The notes under the pieces are model-generated. The model was given only the letters and a program-made list of their open reading frames with translations. It was not told where the DNA came from and did no database searches. Source: Podospora anserina (Eukaryota). Taken from it: a DNA stretch of 64,000 nucleotides. The stretch is taken from assembly GCA_017654855.1 (NCBI GenBank), contig CM030336.1, positions 558,001 to 622,000 of the forward strand, written 5' to 3'. A program made the translations under genes and the position numbers. Shown here in pieces: positions 1-11,906 of the stretch. The stretch's first letter is position 1. Every line of letters begins with the position of its first letter.

Positions 1-1
1 G

Positions 2-1180
2 ACATCAACAGCAACGCTCTATAATCACCTCGACCTATTTTTCCAAGATCCTCGGGTCCGGCTCCGCGATGACTGGGACATTTGGGTACCAACCACACCA
101 CCTCAACCACCCGCTCTGTCACTCCTCTTGACATGCCGGATCCTGCACTATGACGTCCAGTATCTATTGAATTCATCCACTGCCCAATCCCACCCCTATG
201 AGATTGACGTCGTCTTCATTGCCAAATGCGGACTTTTCCCAACCTGGGTGTGTTGTCCACTCCCAAGCCAGATCAACCTCGACACTCTCCAGGCGTCATT
301 CCGCATAATGGACGTGGAGGATATCGACGACGAGGTACCAGCAGGAAGGCAGGGGGAGTTCTTAAGCCGTTACCGCGGTGTATCGTCTGACTTCGATGCA
401 GACAACTACCCAAATCCTCCTCCCGGCTCATGGAACTTCTATCGCCTGTTAGCGTCCTTCCTGGCCTTGGGGCCTCGGGGCCTGACCTCTCCCGCTTATC
501 AAAGAGAAAATCGCGGCTGTCTTTCAAGAAGCAGATACTCACTCCAACATCTCATCATTAGCGTAACATCTAAGGAGGAAACTGAAATGGATGACGAAAG
601 ACGGGAGCGAGCAAGTGGACCAAGGCGGTTCTTACTTGACCACAATTCCGACCTGCCTTACGGAGCCTCGAGAGAAGATGACGTTTTTCCAGGGCCGCCT
701 GACAATTCTCCATACACATGGACAGGCCCCACCGAGTTGGAGACCGTTAGAGGGATGTATGGCCACGCGGGCCGTCTCACCCTCGGACACGCCGACCGCT
801 ATGGCTTGTACCTTGCCAACACCCTCTGGGCCCTGCTTGACTTCAAGTGGCTCTCACGAGGCTTCGGTCTTATGGTGTACGAAAGCATCCTTGACGACAT
901 TACCTTTTACGTCGACGGGGAGCCAAGACCTCACTTTGGCATGGACGACTTGCTTTCCCTGGAACCCCTAAAGCACCGCACCTTGACACCGGAGGTCGCA
1001 GCAGCCCTTCAAGTCTGGAAGGAGTGGGTAATGAAGTGGAGGAGTAAGCTACGGGAGCGTGGTATGTTGGATGAACCACGCCCGAGTTTTGCTTTTGTGA
1101 GATACTTGCCGGCATCGATGGCAGATCCTAATGAGTGCCCAGAGTCAGACTCGGATTCTATGTCCGGCTCAGACGTATAG
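2..1180 (+). CDS. Hypothetical fungal protein, 5'-truncated by the window edge
   Basis: Frame +2 is open from base 2 to TAG at 1178-1180. It contains ALSLLLTCRILHYDV, resembling the LLxTCRxxxxE motif common in F-box-like fungal hypothetical proteins. Confidence 0.65.
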   Translation, partial: TSTATLYNHLDLFFQDPRVRLRDDWDIWVPTTPPQPPALSLLLTCRILHYDVQYLLNSSTAQSHPYEIDVVFIAKCGLFPTWVCCPLPSQINLDTLQASFRIMDVEDIDDEVPAGRQGEFLSRYRGVSSDFDADNYPNPPPGSWNFYRLLASFLALGPRGLTSPAYQRENRGCLSRSRYSLQHLIISVTSKEETEMDDERRERASGPRRFLLDHNSDLPYGASREDDVFPGPPDNSPYTWTGPTELETVRGMYGHAGRLTLGHADRYGLYLANTLWALLDFKWLSRGFGLMVYESILDDITFYVDGEPRPHFGMDDLLSLEPLKHRTLTPEVAAALQVWKEWVMKWRSKLRERGMLDEPRPSFAFVRYLPASMADPNECPESDSDSMSGSDV

Positions 1181-1617
1181 TTTACATCTCTCGTAGCAAT
1201 GAAATGAACGGCCAAAAGAGCTGGTATTTAATCGTTTAAAGCCTATCACGATGTTTAAATACCTTCTATTATATTTCCGCTCGTTTTTCAGGTCTCCTAA
1301 GGCCTATCCACTATCTTCAAGTCGTATTAACTATCTTTGATGCTTGTTGACTATCTTTAAAGGCCTACTGAATATGTTTTAGGGCCCTTGCTTCGCTTGT
1401 TGTCACACGTCAACCACTCGCAGCCTGGAGCACAGCCAACAACACAGTGAACTGAAAGCTCTGAGCCAGTCGTTGGGAAGTGAAATAAGCAACAGGCTAC
1501 AGGCGGCAGCAGCAGAGGCATTGGCTCATGTATAAGCAGAGGGATGTGCTGGACTTGGCAGATACTTAAGGTCATCACAACACGGACCACAGTGAGAGAG
1601 ACAAATACATGAGCAGA

Positions 1618-1809
1618 AGAGCAACCAGACTGTCATTTCCAGTGAAATCCAATGCAGATTTCGGAAGACATACTGCCAAAAACTGAGGAAGATTTCTCTC
1701 CCTATCTTCTACATTCACACCCCTCAGTCTTGCAATGAACCTGAAGCATATAAGCGCCGATAGAAAATAAAAATCGAAAATAAAACGGGCGGTAAAAAAT
1801 GTAGGTACT
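1618..1809 (+). repeat. Dispersed ~190-bp direct repeat, copy 1
   Basis: Aligns by eye with 20942-21129; shared blocks include TGCCAAAAACTGAGGAAGATTTCT and CCTGAAGCATATAAGCGCCGA. Confidence 0.9.
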
Positions 1810-1820
1810 CATCTATTTCA

Positions 1821-1843
1821 CTCGCTTATAATGTATGTTACGT
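1821..1843 (+). mobile_element. Isolated, mutated terminal inverted repeat of a pogo/Fot1-like DNA transposon
   Basis: CTCGCTTATAATGTATGTTACGT matches the element end at 28480-28502 (CTCGCTTATCACGCACGTTACAT) at 18/23 positions; three of the five differences are C>T. Confidence 0.6.
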
Positions 1844-1854
1844 CGTAACGGTTT

Positions 1855-2405
1855 TTACTTAAGAGTAATAGTAATATTGTCCTTAGAATCATTGCTCGAG
1901 GCACCAACAATCAACATAAAGTCGCCTGGCTCGACGACATACTTTATCCTCGAATTCCACACCCTTAAATCCTACATCTTAACTTTAATGCTAACCCTTT
2001 TGCTCTCCCTAGCCTTAAGGAACACCTTCTTAAAGCCCTTCAGTTAAATATTAGCACCACAACACTAGCAATTAAATCCTTCACATATAGCTGGAGAACC
2101 TCCTTTCCATCCCGCTCCGACGTATTCTTTACGGTAACACTGATAGTTATAATGTCTCTCTCGCGGACCTCCTGTTTATCCACGGCGACGTCGCTATAAA
2201 CAAATATCGAGTAACTCCGACCGTAGCCAAACTCATATAGAGGCCTTAGGTCGCCTAAGACGTACTGGCGACCGAAAACGAGCGTACCGTTCTCGTAGGA
2301 AACGCCGGAATTTAGCGAGGGCCCCCGACCAGAGTTCCAGTAGTCGTAATAGACAGGCAGGTCGCCAACGCTATAGGGAAAACTAACGGTTAGTTTACCG
2401 GAAGA
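1855..2405 (-). pseudogene. C-terminal fragment of a GH3 beta-glucosidase (Fn3-like domain), RIP-like decay
   Basis: SGKLTVSFPYSVGDLPVYY...PLYEFGYGRSY...VTVKNTSERDGKEVLQLYVKD, then *LKGFKKV and YVVEPGDFMLIVGASS in shifted frames. It has frameshifts, an in-frame TAA and no N-terminal part. Confidence 0.85.
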
Positions 2406-2423
2406 CTCACTGCCCGGGAGTCG

Positions 2424-2535
2424 AACCCTCAATCTTTCTCTCTCTCTCTCCCTCTCTCTCTTCCTCTCTCTCCCTCTCTCTCTTCCTCTCTCTCCCTCTC
2501 TCTCCCTCTCTCCCCCTCTCTCTCCCTCTTTCTCC
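2424..2535. repeat. Imperfect (CT)n/(GA)n pyrimidine tract
   Basis: About 110 bp consisting almost entirely of C and T on the + strand. Confidence 0.95.
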
Positions 2536-2989
2536 ATCGATTGACGGCAAGGCGACTGCTCGCCCTTGCCTTGCGCGCTGCGCGCGCGCGACCCTAACCC
2601 TCTGCCAGTGCTCGGCATGTGGTCTGTGCCGGGCATGTGGCTCAATATGTAGCTCACGGCCATGTGGCTCGGCGCAGGCACCGTGGGCCAATGAAAAATG
2701 GACGTTCGATAAGGTCTCTCATTGACCAATGATCAATTGAGAACCCTGCCAAGTAAAGATAAAGCCTATTCCGGTTAAATAGCGAGAGACTCTCCGTCTG
2801 CTTTTTATTGCTCCACTTTCTCCACCTTTTTCCTCAGCCCTACTCCTGAAATGGAAAGTCTTCTAGCTTCTCTTCTTTCAGCCTTAAGCCTTATAAGTAA
2901 GGTAGAAAGAAGAGGGAAGCTTTGAAGACCATACTCTATGCAACTTTAATGATTGGCCCTTGCTTCTGATTGCTAGGTCAGCTGACATG

Positions 2990-4374
2990 GGATGGTCAGA
3001 ACGTGGATCCTGAGCAGGAATCCCGTTAAAGCCTGGTTAGATACCGGAACGAACATAGATCCGATAGTGTGGCTCACTGGAATTCCTGGTGCGGGTAAGC
3101 TGAAAAAGGTAACACCTCCTTGACTCTTTCACAGCTAATATCTCATGCAGGCAAAACCATTCTGGCTTATGTGATTATCGAGACATTGCTAAAGCGCCCT
3201 GATACCAAAGCTGTGTTTTTCTACTACAAAGACGGGAACCAGTTACGAAACAACTTCCTCGCCATGGCCAAGAATCTACTCTACCAGCTATGCATCAAAG
3301 ATGATCGACTAATGGAGTACGTCGATGCTGTCATGTCGGAGGAGGGTCAGGCGGTCCTACAGAGACCCGAACTCGCCAACAAACTTGTTACCACTGCGAT
3401 GAAAAATCAGGAGAAGCTGTTTGTCATCATCGACGGTGTTGATGAATGTCTCAAGCCGGAGAAGAAAAAGATCATTCAATGGATTCAGTCCATGGTCGCT
3501 GCTGGTCCAGACACATCAGACGATGACGACGACATGACCCAACCAGACAGCACCGGTACGCTGAGGCTTCTATTGGTCAGTCAAGAAGATGCAGAATGCA
3601 CGAGGCTTCTGAAAGGGTATCTGTTGGGCTGGCGACCTAGGAAAGTCACTGGCTGCGAAAATGAGGCTAAAATGGCCAAAAAATGGTAAGCAAATTGGTA
3701 TTACAGTAGTTGGTTGTTGGTTAAAAAGTAAACAGTAAGAAAATCCAGCCCCAAGAGCAAACCGGTGTGGGTCTGGGAAAACCTGGGCCCTTTGGTGCCC
3801 CACAGTATCCGACACTCAAGATAAGTCCAGAAGATAATCATGACGATATCAAGGCCTTTTGTGAGTACTGGAAACCGAAGATCAGAGCGAAACACCCCAA
3901 ACTTCAAGTTGGCGATGGACCAGCTTCCACCACTTCCAATGTTCTTGCTCGTGCAGACGGTAAGCTTGGTTTTTGCCTTCTTGAGACTGCCATAGTGGCC
4001 ATCTGACATAGCCTAGGTATGTTCTTGTACGCGAAGCTGGTAATCATGAACTTGCATACGCAGTCAAAAGCCTTCAGGCTTCGTGAAGAACTCGAATGGT
4101 TGCGCCAGGATAGTGGGAAGCTGGGTGTCGTTGGCAAGCTGAGCTAAGCGTGAGCTGTCACATACCTATCTATTTTCCCGAAAGCAATACTGACGACTAT
4201 CGCAGGTATGGCCGTATACTTGGGGCGATGAAACACGACATGGATGACGAACGATATCAAGAGGCAATGCAGGTATTGTCTTGGGTTGTCGTGGCCCAGA
4301 GAGACCTCTTTTGGCGTGAAATCCAGGGAGCCGTGTCTCTGGACCTGGAGAATCGCAAGAGAAGAGCACAGTGA
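2990..4374 (+). pseudogene. NACHT-domain (fungal NLR-type) pseudogene interrupted by a solo LTR
   Basis: Walker A VWLTGIPGAG/KT is split by a GTAAGC...CAG intron. Walker B is FVIIDGVDEC, followed by LRLLLVSQ and ARADG/MFLYAKLV. The frame is broken by the insertion at 3622-3804 and the gene appears truncated at both ends. Confidence 0.85.
3622..3804. mobile_element. 183-bp solo LTR with 5-bp TSD GTATC
   Basis: Ends are TGTTGGG...CCCACA, with GTATC at 3617-3621 and 3805-3809. Removing the element plus one TSD restores the frame LLKGYPTLKISPEDN. Confidence 0.9.
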
Positions 4375-5391
4375 GGTGTTTGACATACTGGACTGGTTAT
4401 ATTAAACCAAGCATGTCAGAACGATTTAGGATCTCAAGGTTCTTGACCGACTTATTAACCCACACAGCGAACGCGATATTGCATAATATGTCCAGGATTT
4501 TTGGGTTCAAATCCTCGATTGGCGCTTTCTAGACATATCGCTTTCCGTTTTCAGTGATGAGACGAAAAAAAGAATTCGTAGTCTCCATTTATACTCCAGC
4601 GGGAAAATAGTAACGATTAGTTATTAACTAAATAAAAAAGATAGGTTAAAGTCTTTTAAGAATATAAGTTACTATATAAACGGATACCGTATAACGTTGG
4701 AGAATAATTAAAGTCTAGGTACTTATAACGTTACTAATTTTGCCGGATTAATTGAAGTGGCCAGCAAAATGCATGAATGCATAACATCAGAGAATGGAAA
4801 TCTCTGAAAGATTACCATCTTCAAGTCCAACAGCTCCTCTCCGGACGATAATTCTAGCATCACTGATGTGTGTGACATTCACATGATCGAATCAATCAAG
4901 ATATATGTTTCCATCAACGTTATTCGTTGTAAAAATAATCATCCATGTGTGTCATTTCAGAGTTTACTAACCTGGGTATATCGACTGTTCTCGCTATTAC
5001 AAGCATTTCTATTGCTTACAAGTCTTGTCATCATGCATCTGCGAATGTGAATCGAGAACAGTTGCGATAAGAGAAGGCGACATAGGATCATATTGTGGCA
5101 TTGCAAGTCTCAAAGCAGTACATGGTTGCCGTCAACGTCTAGTATTATCAAATCTCGAGCGTTCCACAATTCCCAACGTCACTGATCAGCACACATCAAA
5201 TCATGATTTTTCGTACGAGAATGCATCAAATTGCCATAAGTGAGCTTGAATAGCACAATAGCTAGACAGAGAAAAAGAATACGATTGTCTCGACTGCTGA
5301 AGGCGAACATGGTCCAATTATTCGCCGTTCACGCCTGACAAATTGTCATAACCTTTTCCCACAGGGCAGCAAGTCGTACTTGCGGGTCATG

Positions 5392-8300
5392 CACGTGGCT
5401 GTCACGCTCAACAACCATTGGCTCGAGATTTCTCCCACTAACAGCTCGCTCTTCGCCCATTCGGCTTCTGATGGAACTTTTCTCGTCCAAGACATTAACA
5501 TCACATCTGTGCCTCACCATCAGCTCAGAATTTTCACCCGGCGCCCGCCGCCAATCCAACAATGGGAAGAGTCCCGGAGCCTTGGTACTGGCGCCTGTGC
5601 CACCGTGCATGATGCAGACTATGCGTAACGAGATGAGTGGGAAAAGCAGTGACTAGGCGTCAGGCACCGCATGATGCCCACGCTTTTCTTATGACATGAG
5701 GTATACCCTCTGGGGTCTTCATTGCACGAATTTAGACTGCAGCTGTATCCACTGTCTCTGATTAAGGCACGAGACTCGGATGTTACGGTGGACGGGACCC
5801 TGAATGTGGTGGTGTTGGTTCACAGGTGGGACGGCATGGGTGAGGATAGAACGACTCCCTGAGTTCGAAAAGAGAAAAAAAACATTCATCACATGTGTTG
5901 GGTCTCCATGAGAGCCTTTGGATGACATGAGAACCTACCTAAGGATAGGGATGTTGAGAGAGGTGACTGGATATCAAGCCAGAGATCTCATTACGAAAGA
6001 GCTCTCTTCTCAAACACCCCAAAGTTTCTCTAATACCTCTCTTAATCTCCATTCGGTAGCTCTTTTAAACAAGCTCGGTGACCAAACTGGTTTGACATCT
6101 TCACATGCCACTTTTTTTCTCCTGTAATATCCCGCTACCTTGCATCCCATGATGTTGGGGAACGGGCATGCACATCGACATCCCGCGGACATGAGCCGTC
6201 GATCATACCATTCCGGTATCCCCAGCCGGGCTAGGGACGTAGCGCAGATGCTTGTTTCACTCATGATGCCGCCTTCGGAGCCGGAATGGGATTTTGAGGA
6301 TGAAAACACACGTGGGCGTGGAAGCACAGCGTCTCAGCCATGCTGTTACGCAACGCCCAGAGCCCAAAGCAACCTGATAGTGGATGTTTTAAGCCATTCA
6401 CACATGGCTATCGACTTGTCAACACACCACAAATGTCTTGTTCTGCTAGCCTTGCTCTCAACACTTCAAGGGCCTGCCCAAATTGGAATCAAAGACCATC
6501 CGAGGTTCATCTCCGGGGAAGACTGATGACCGCCCTCCATGTATCATCAATGCAGGCTGGACGGGATAGGGCCCGTGAGTTCAGCCAGCACGAGCACAAT
6601 GGGGAGGAGCTGATTGGACTGGTGTAAGCGTACACCCTGCCACATAAGGTACCGAATAACCAATGGAATGGGGGGTACCATTTCCGGGGGTTGGCTTCGA
6701 CTTTGAGCTTGAACCCCGCGAACCACTTGTGCCACCCGTTCTCTCGGCGATATGGGATTAAGATTTTTGGTGCAATTTGAACAGCATTAAGCCTTTTTTG
6801 CCAAGTTCTTGGGAAGCCAACACTGGGACTGACATCCTCGCCCACCACGCCGACGTAAATCGTAACGGGCGCCAACCATCAAACTGGGGAAGGAAACAGG
6901 CAGCATTCCATCATCATCCCTGTGGTGGTAGGTCATTGATTGTCCATACAAGTGTGCGGCACTCACCAACGTGGGACACTCACTGCTCCTGACGATCTCG
7001 AAGTCGGTGGTTCGTCTCGAACAGCCATGGAATATCAAAAGTCCAGGACGGAGGTTGGTTGGTCCAGACCCCGCAAAAATAGGTCCCGGCTCTTGTTATC
7101 GCCATCAGCCTCTTGATCGTGCACGTTGCTCAAACAAAGACTCCGATTGGATCATCTCGTAGAGCCAAGACTTTCTGACCTCTGCCAAGGACATCGCCCG
7201 CAGGGCCAAGAGCGGAACCTGGAGACTTGGCGACCGGGGGATTGCACCCCACGTGTGTCAAACCTCGAACGCCAAACGTCGAAGCTGGTTTTCCCTCATT
7301 TTCTTGAACATTGCCATCCCTCAGCGCTCACTGGCTGCGAGAGCCCACCAAACGCACGTCGTCGTCCCCGCGCGAACCATGATGCAAGCATATAAGGATG
7401 ATCGCTTGTTCCGTCGCCCTCAGCCAAGCCTGCCAATGCTTGGCCCCGTGGGGTTTTCCTCTTCAATGGATCTGAGGTGGATCTCTCTTCCCAAAAAGAA
7501 GCGGTGTCGTTTTTTCCCATGATCCGCCCGCTGATGCCTCCCTCCCCGTCACTCCTCGGTTTGGCTTTTTTTTTCTCGGTGCTTGGCTTTTTTTTGTGGG
7601 ACGGACTTCGAAACATGCCGTTCATCCAACATCGAGATTCTCGGCTGACGGCTTCGTTGAGCTTCGGTCGGCCGGGGGCTCACGGATGTCTCCTCTCTCA
7701 CCTACTAGTATCTGACGACTGCCTAGGCAGGTGATATCTGCTCTAGCGGCATACAACTACACACACTAAGAGGACAGGTTCAATATTCCATTTTTGAACG
7801 CGGCACGCGAGCATACCGCATACATACTGTGATGGTGCTCTCTTTCGAGTGCATATCCCACACATGTCCACTGCCCTAGTATATACACTACATCCGCCAT
7901 CTATCGGCTTTGTACATGATGCAGCCAAGATGCACAAACGGATCTTTCTCGCTAAAGCTAGACAGCGGGAGGGTTGCGATGTGCGTATTCCCCTCCCCTC
8001 TCCGGGGACCAAATGGAACCACTCATTGCGACGTCTCACATCACGCACATCAGAGAGTGCCTGCCAGCCTTGCCTCTTCTTCTGACCGAGGGAGGAACGA
8101 GTTGGATGTCAGAGAAAGAGAAAAAAAGTCTCGGACGTGTGTGGGCTGGACGGGAACAGGGATGGAGGGAGACAGACCTGGAAGCGCGATCGGCCCTACC
8201 CGCCAAGCCCCAGTGCCCCCCCCGCCGTCAAAGGCCCACCCCTTCAGCAGGGGTTCCAACAGCTCCCACCCACCAGGTTGTCCCGACCAGCATCTCGACC

Positions 8301-8430
8301 TCCTCCCGATGCAGCAGAAGCAGCAGGCGAGCAGGTCTTGTTTTCGCCAAGGCACCAGTGCTGTGGGGAGAGGCAAAAAACCCAGAACCATTCGACAACG
8401 GCAGAAGAGCTCGAAGAGCCAACCCACGTG
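5392..8430. promoter_or_regulatory. Four CACGTG E-boxes upstream of pho-4 (candidate NUC-1/Pho4p-type sites)
   Basis: CACGTG occurs at 5392, 6309, 7250 and 8425, plus CACGTT at 7122. The Neurospora bHLH factor NUC-1 is known to bind CACGTG in the pho-4 promoter. Confidence 0.55.
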
Positions 8431-8621
8431 TGTGCCACCGCTGGCTGATGTCCCCCTGCGCCGACCATCGCCTCTCCATGTGTCCGTCTGGTTAAATACA
8501 GACGGCACAACCTGTGTTTCCTCCTGACTCTGCATCCCTCCTCAACAGGTCGATCAGCCACCCGCTACAACAACCTTCGCAGTCTCGTCTCTGAGCACGC
8601 GACATCCACCGTCCAACTACA

Positions 8622-10529
8622 ATGGCGGTCCTCCACCAATTCGACTACCTCTTCGCCATTGGCACCATCTTCGCAGGCCTCGACGCCTGGAACATTGGTG
8701 AGTTGATACACCAACATGCAACCATCACCACCGCTTGATATCAGCTCCTAACCAGCTCTCTCTCTCCCCTCCAGGTGCCAACGATGTGGCCAACTCATGG
8801 GCCACCTCTGTGGCTTCCCAGTCCGTGACCTACCTCCAGGCCATGGTTCTCGCCTCTGTCATGGAGTTTGCCGGCTCCGTTGGTGTTGGTGCCCGCGTTG
8901 CCGACACCATCCGCACCAAGATTGTCGACACGGCTCTCTTCAAAGATGATCCCGCTCTTCTCATGCTTGGCATGGTCTGCGCTGTTACCGCTTCCTCCAT
9001 CTACCTCACCATGGCTACCAAGATTGGTCTTCCCGTCTCCACCACCCATTCCATCATGGGTGGCGTCATCGGCATGGGTGTTGCTGCCGTTGGTGCCGAT
9101 GGTAAGGCTGACCACGCTCTCGGGTACCTTTTCTGACAGGACGCTAACATTGTGATCTCCAGGTGTCCAATGGGTTGGCAAGGGTCCCGGTACTGGTGCC
9201 ATCAACTCTGGTGTCGTTCAGGTCTTCCTCGCCTGGATCATCGCCCCTGGTCTCTCCGCTATCTTTGCCTCCATCATCTTCTTGATCACCAAGTATGGCG
9301 TCATGCTTCGCAAGAACCCCGTCTGGAAGGCCTTCATCTACGTGCCAGTCTACTTCGGTCTCGCCGCCGCGCTCCTTACCATGTTGCTTCTCTGGAAGGG
9401 TGGCAACTACGAGGTCAAGCTCACTGATTCCCAGCTCCCCGGTGTCATTGTTGCCGTCGGTGTCGGTTTTGCCCTCCTCATGTGCGTCACTCTGATGCCC
9501 TGGCTCTACCGCGTTGTCATGCTCGACGACTGGCAGCTCCGCTGGTACCACATTCCTCTCGGTCTCCTCCTCCTCCGCCGCGGCCCCGTCCCTGAGAACC
9601 CCGACGACGAGTACGAGGATGAGCCTGTCCAGGAGATCAGCCCCAAGGATGAGCTCGCCGCCACCAAGGCCGCCCAGCGTGGTGATGTCGAGATCTCTGC
9701 CGCCGGTGCGCTCCCCGAGAAGACTGTTGGCGCCGCCGACTCCACCGATGGTGCTTCTGGCAACGGCGCCGCTGCCCCTGTCCGCCGCAAGAAGCCCTCC
9801 GACTTCCGCAAGCCCCACAAGAAGCTCCTCAAGGGCAGACCCGAAGGCAAGTGGTACTCTTTGCCCGTTGTTTGGTACGGTATCAAGTGGGCTTTCCTCC
9901 ACGGTATCGATCAGGATGTTGTCAACCTTGCTGGCCAGAAGAGCGCCCTCGCTGGTGATGTCGAGGAGATTCACGCCCACGCTGCTCGCTACGACAACAA
10001 GGCCGAGTACATGTACAGCTTCCTCCAGGTCATGACTGCCGCCACTGCCTCTTTCACCCACGGTGCCAACGACATCGCCAACGCCATCGGTCCCTATGCC
10101 ACCGTCTTCGAGATCTGGAACTCCGGCGTGCTCCCCGAGAGTAACAAGGCTGCCGTTCCCACCTGGATTCTCTGCTTCGGCGCTGCCATGCTCGTCCTCG
10201 GCATCTGGACTTATGGCTATAACATCATGAGGAACTTGGGTAACCGCCTCACCCTCCAGTCGCCATCCCGTGGTTTCTCCATGGAGCTTGGCTCTGCCAT
10301 CACTGTCATCCTTGCCACCCGCCTCAAGCTTCCCGTCTCTACCACCCAGTGCATCACTGGTGCCACCGTCGGTGTCGGTCTCTGCTCTGGCACCTGGCGC
10401 ACCGTCAACTGGCGCATGGTCGGCTGGATCTACTTCGGCTGGTTCATCACCCTCCCCGTCGCTGGTATCATCTCTGGCTGCCTCATGGGCATCATCATCA
10501 ACGCTCCTCGCTGGGGCTACTCTGGTTAA
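8622..10529 (+). CDS. pho-4: Phosphate-repressible Na+/phosphate symporter, PiT/PHO4 family (yeast PHO89 homolog)
   Basis: Exons 8622-8697, 8775-9101 and 9163-10529 with GT-AG introns. N-terminus MAVLHQFDYLFAIGTIF; duplicated PiT signatures GANDVANSWAT and HGANDIANAIGP; LPVSTTH and LPVSTTQ motifs. Confidence 0.95.
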
Positions 10530-11906
10530 ATTGGGATTAGCATTGGCGTTTTTATTTTGGATTTGATTTTTTTGAGAGTGTGTGGGTTCGAAAAGTACTG
10601 GGATCTGCACATTGGTTGAAGGATGTGATTATTGGGTAGTATAATAGTTCGTGGTTCCGGTTTCAGAATACCCCTGGGAGGCTTCGATATCTAGCGAGTA
10701 GTAATAAAAAAGGTCTTGGACCTGTACCTACCACTTTCGTCTTGATTAATCTGATTTTCCACAGCCACATCTACTTTCTCCTTCCTTCCCACCGATCTTT
10801 CTGCTGCCCCCTTGAATGTGTTTTTGTCCCCGAACAACACCAATCGGATTCCATCCATGCCTAAGGGCTCCCCGTCAAGGCATCCAAGCTCACAACCAAT
10901 GAAGAATAGTTGCATGTCTGAAGTTCATCCCATCTTCACTTCAGCCACATCCCACGGTTCTCTTTGTCTATCCTGCCTACTTACCTAAGGTACTTACTAA
11001 CCTGCCGAGCCTACTCACACCTGCTGTTCCAAGCAATGGGGTCCATTGTCTTCTTTGACTGGATTTGCAATTGCCTACTCAACAAGTAGGTTTGAGGCTA
11101 CCAACAAGGTCTCAGCCACGCGCTACTTCTAAGGTAGTCTTGGACAAAACAGCGCCACTGTAGGTACCCTAGGTAAAGTCTGATCTTCTGATAAGGTGTC
11201 TGTGACCATTGCACGCATTCACACTCAGAGCCGACGCCTCAACCGGTTCGTTGCATGTTCCTAGCTGCCAACGACACACCTGCTGCTATCGTCTGAAGGC
11301 ATATCAACTGCTAACAAAGGCCTATCCGTGTACCAACAAGGCGTTGTGATTGCCAACACTGCACGCCCTCTCACTATCATCTGAGGGTATTTTCACCCCC
11401 CGTTTCAGGCCTTTAGCTCACAACTGCACGCCTCCTACTCCCATCTAAAGGCATGCCAACCCCTTTTCTCACGCCCATTCACATCCAAACAACATGTCAC
11501 ACGCTCAAGCAGCCAAGTCCACAACTTAGAACCCCTTTTCTATCATACACCACCCCTGTTATTATAAAAACTATATAATACACGGCAATGAATCCGCCCG
11601 TTTGACAACTCCCCAGACCATGTGAAAACCGAATGCAATGAACCCCCCAAAACATAAGCCCAGTCGCAAATAACTCCCCAGACTATTGTAAAACCTGAAT
11701 GTAACCACTCAAATACCGCTTCCTTTGGTGCATAATAAACCCCCTTTTGCAATTCGTAAAAAAGGCCCATATAAACCTTCCTTGACCATGGGTATGTCTC
11801 AAAAAAAAAAAAAAAAAAACCGAGCCGGAAAAAAGGCAAATAACCCCCCCCAAATATCTTCTCGTCTCTGATGCTGCTGCTGTCATTCTCACGGGCGAAA
11901 AACAGC

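Noticed and set aside
2414-2430. GGGTTCGACTCCC on the minus strand resembling a tRNA T-arm/B-box
   Set aside because: Only a 3-bp stem, and no acceptor, D or anticodon arm can be built.
2040-2729. 229-aa ORF as a real gene
   Set aside because: It is a chimera of the GA tract read as ER repeats plus the GH3 relic.
9144-10610. 488-aa antisense ORF
   Set aside because: It is a shadow of the codon-biased pho-4 gene.
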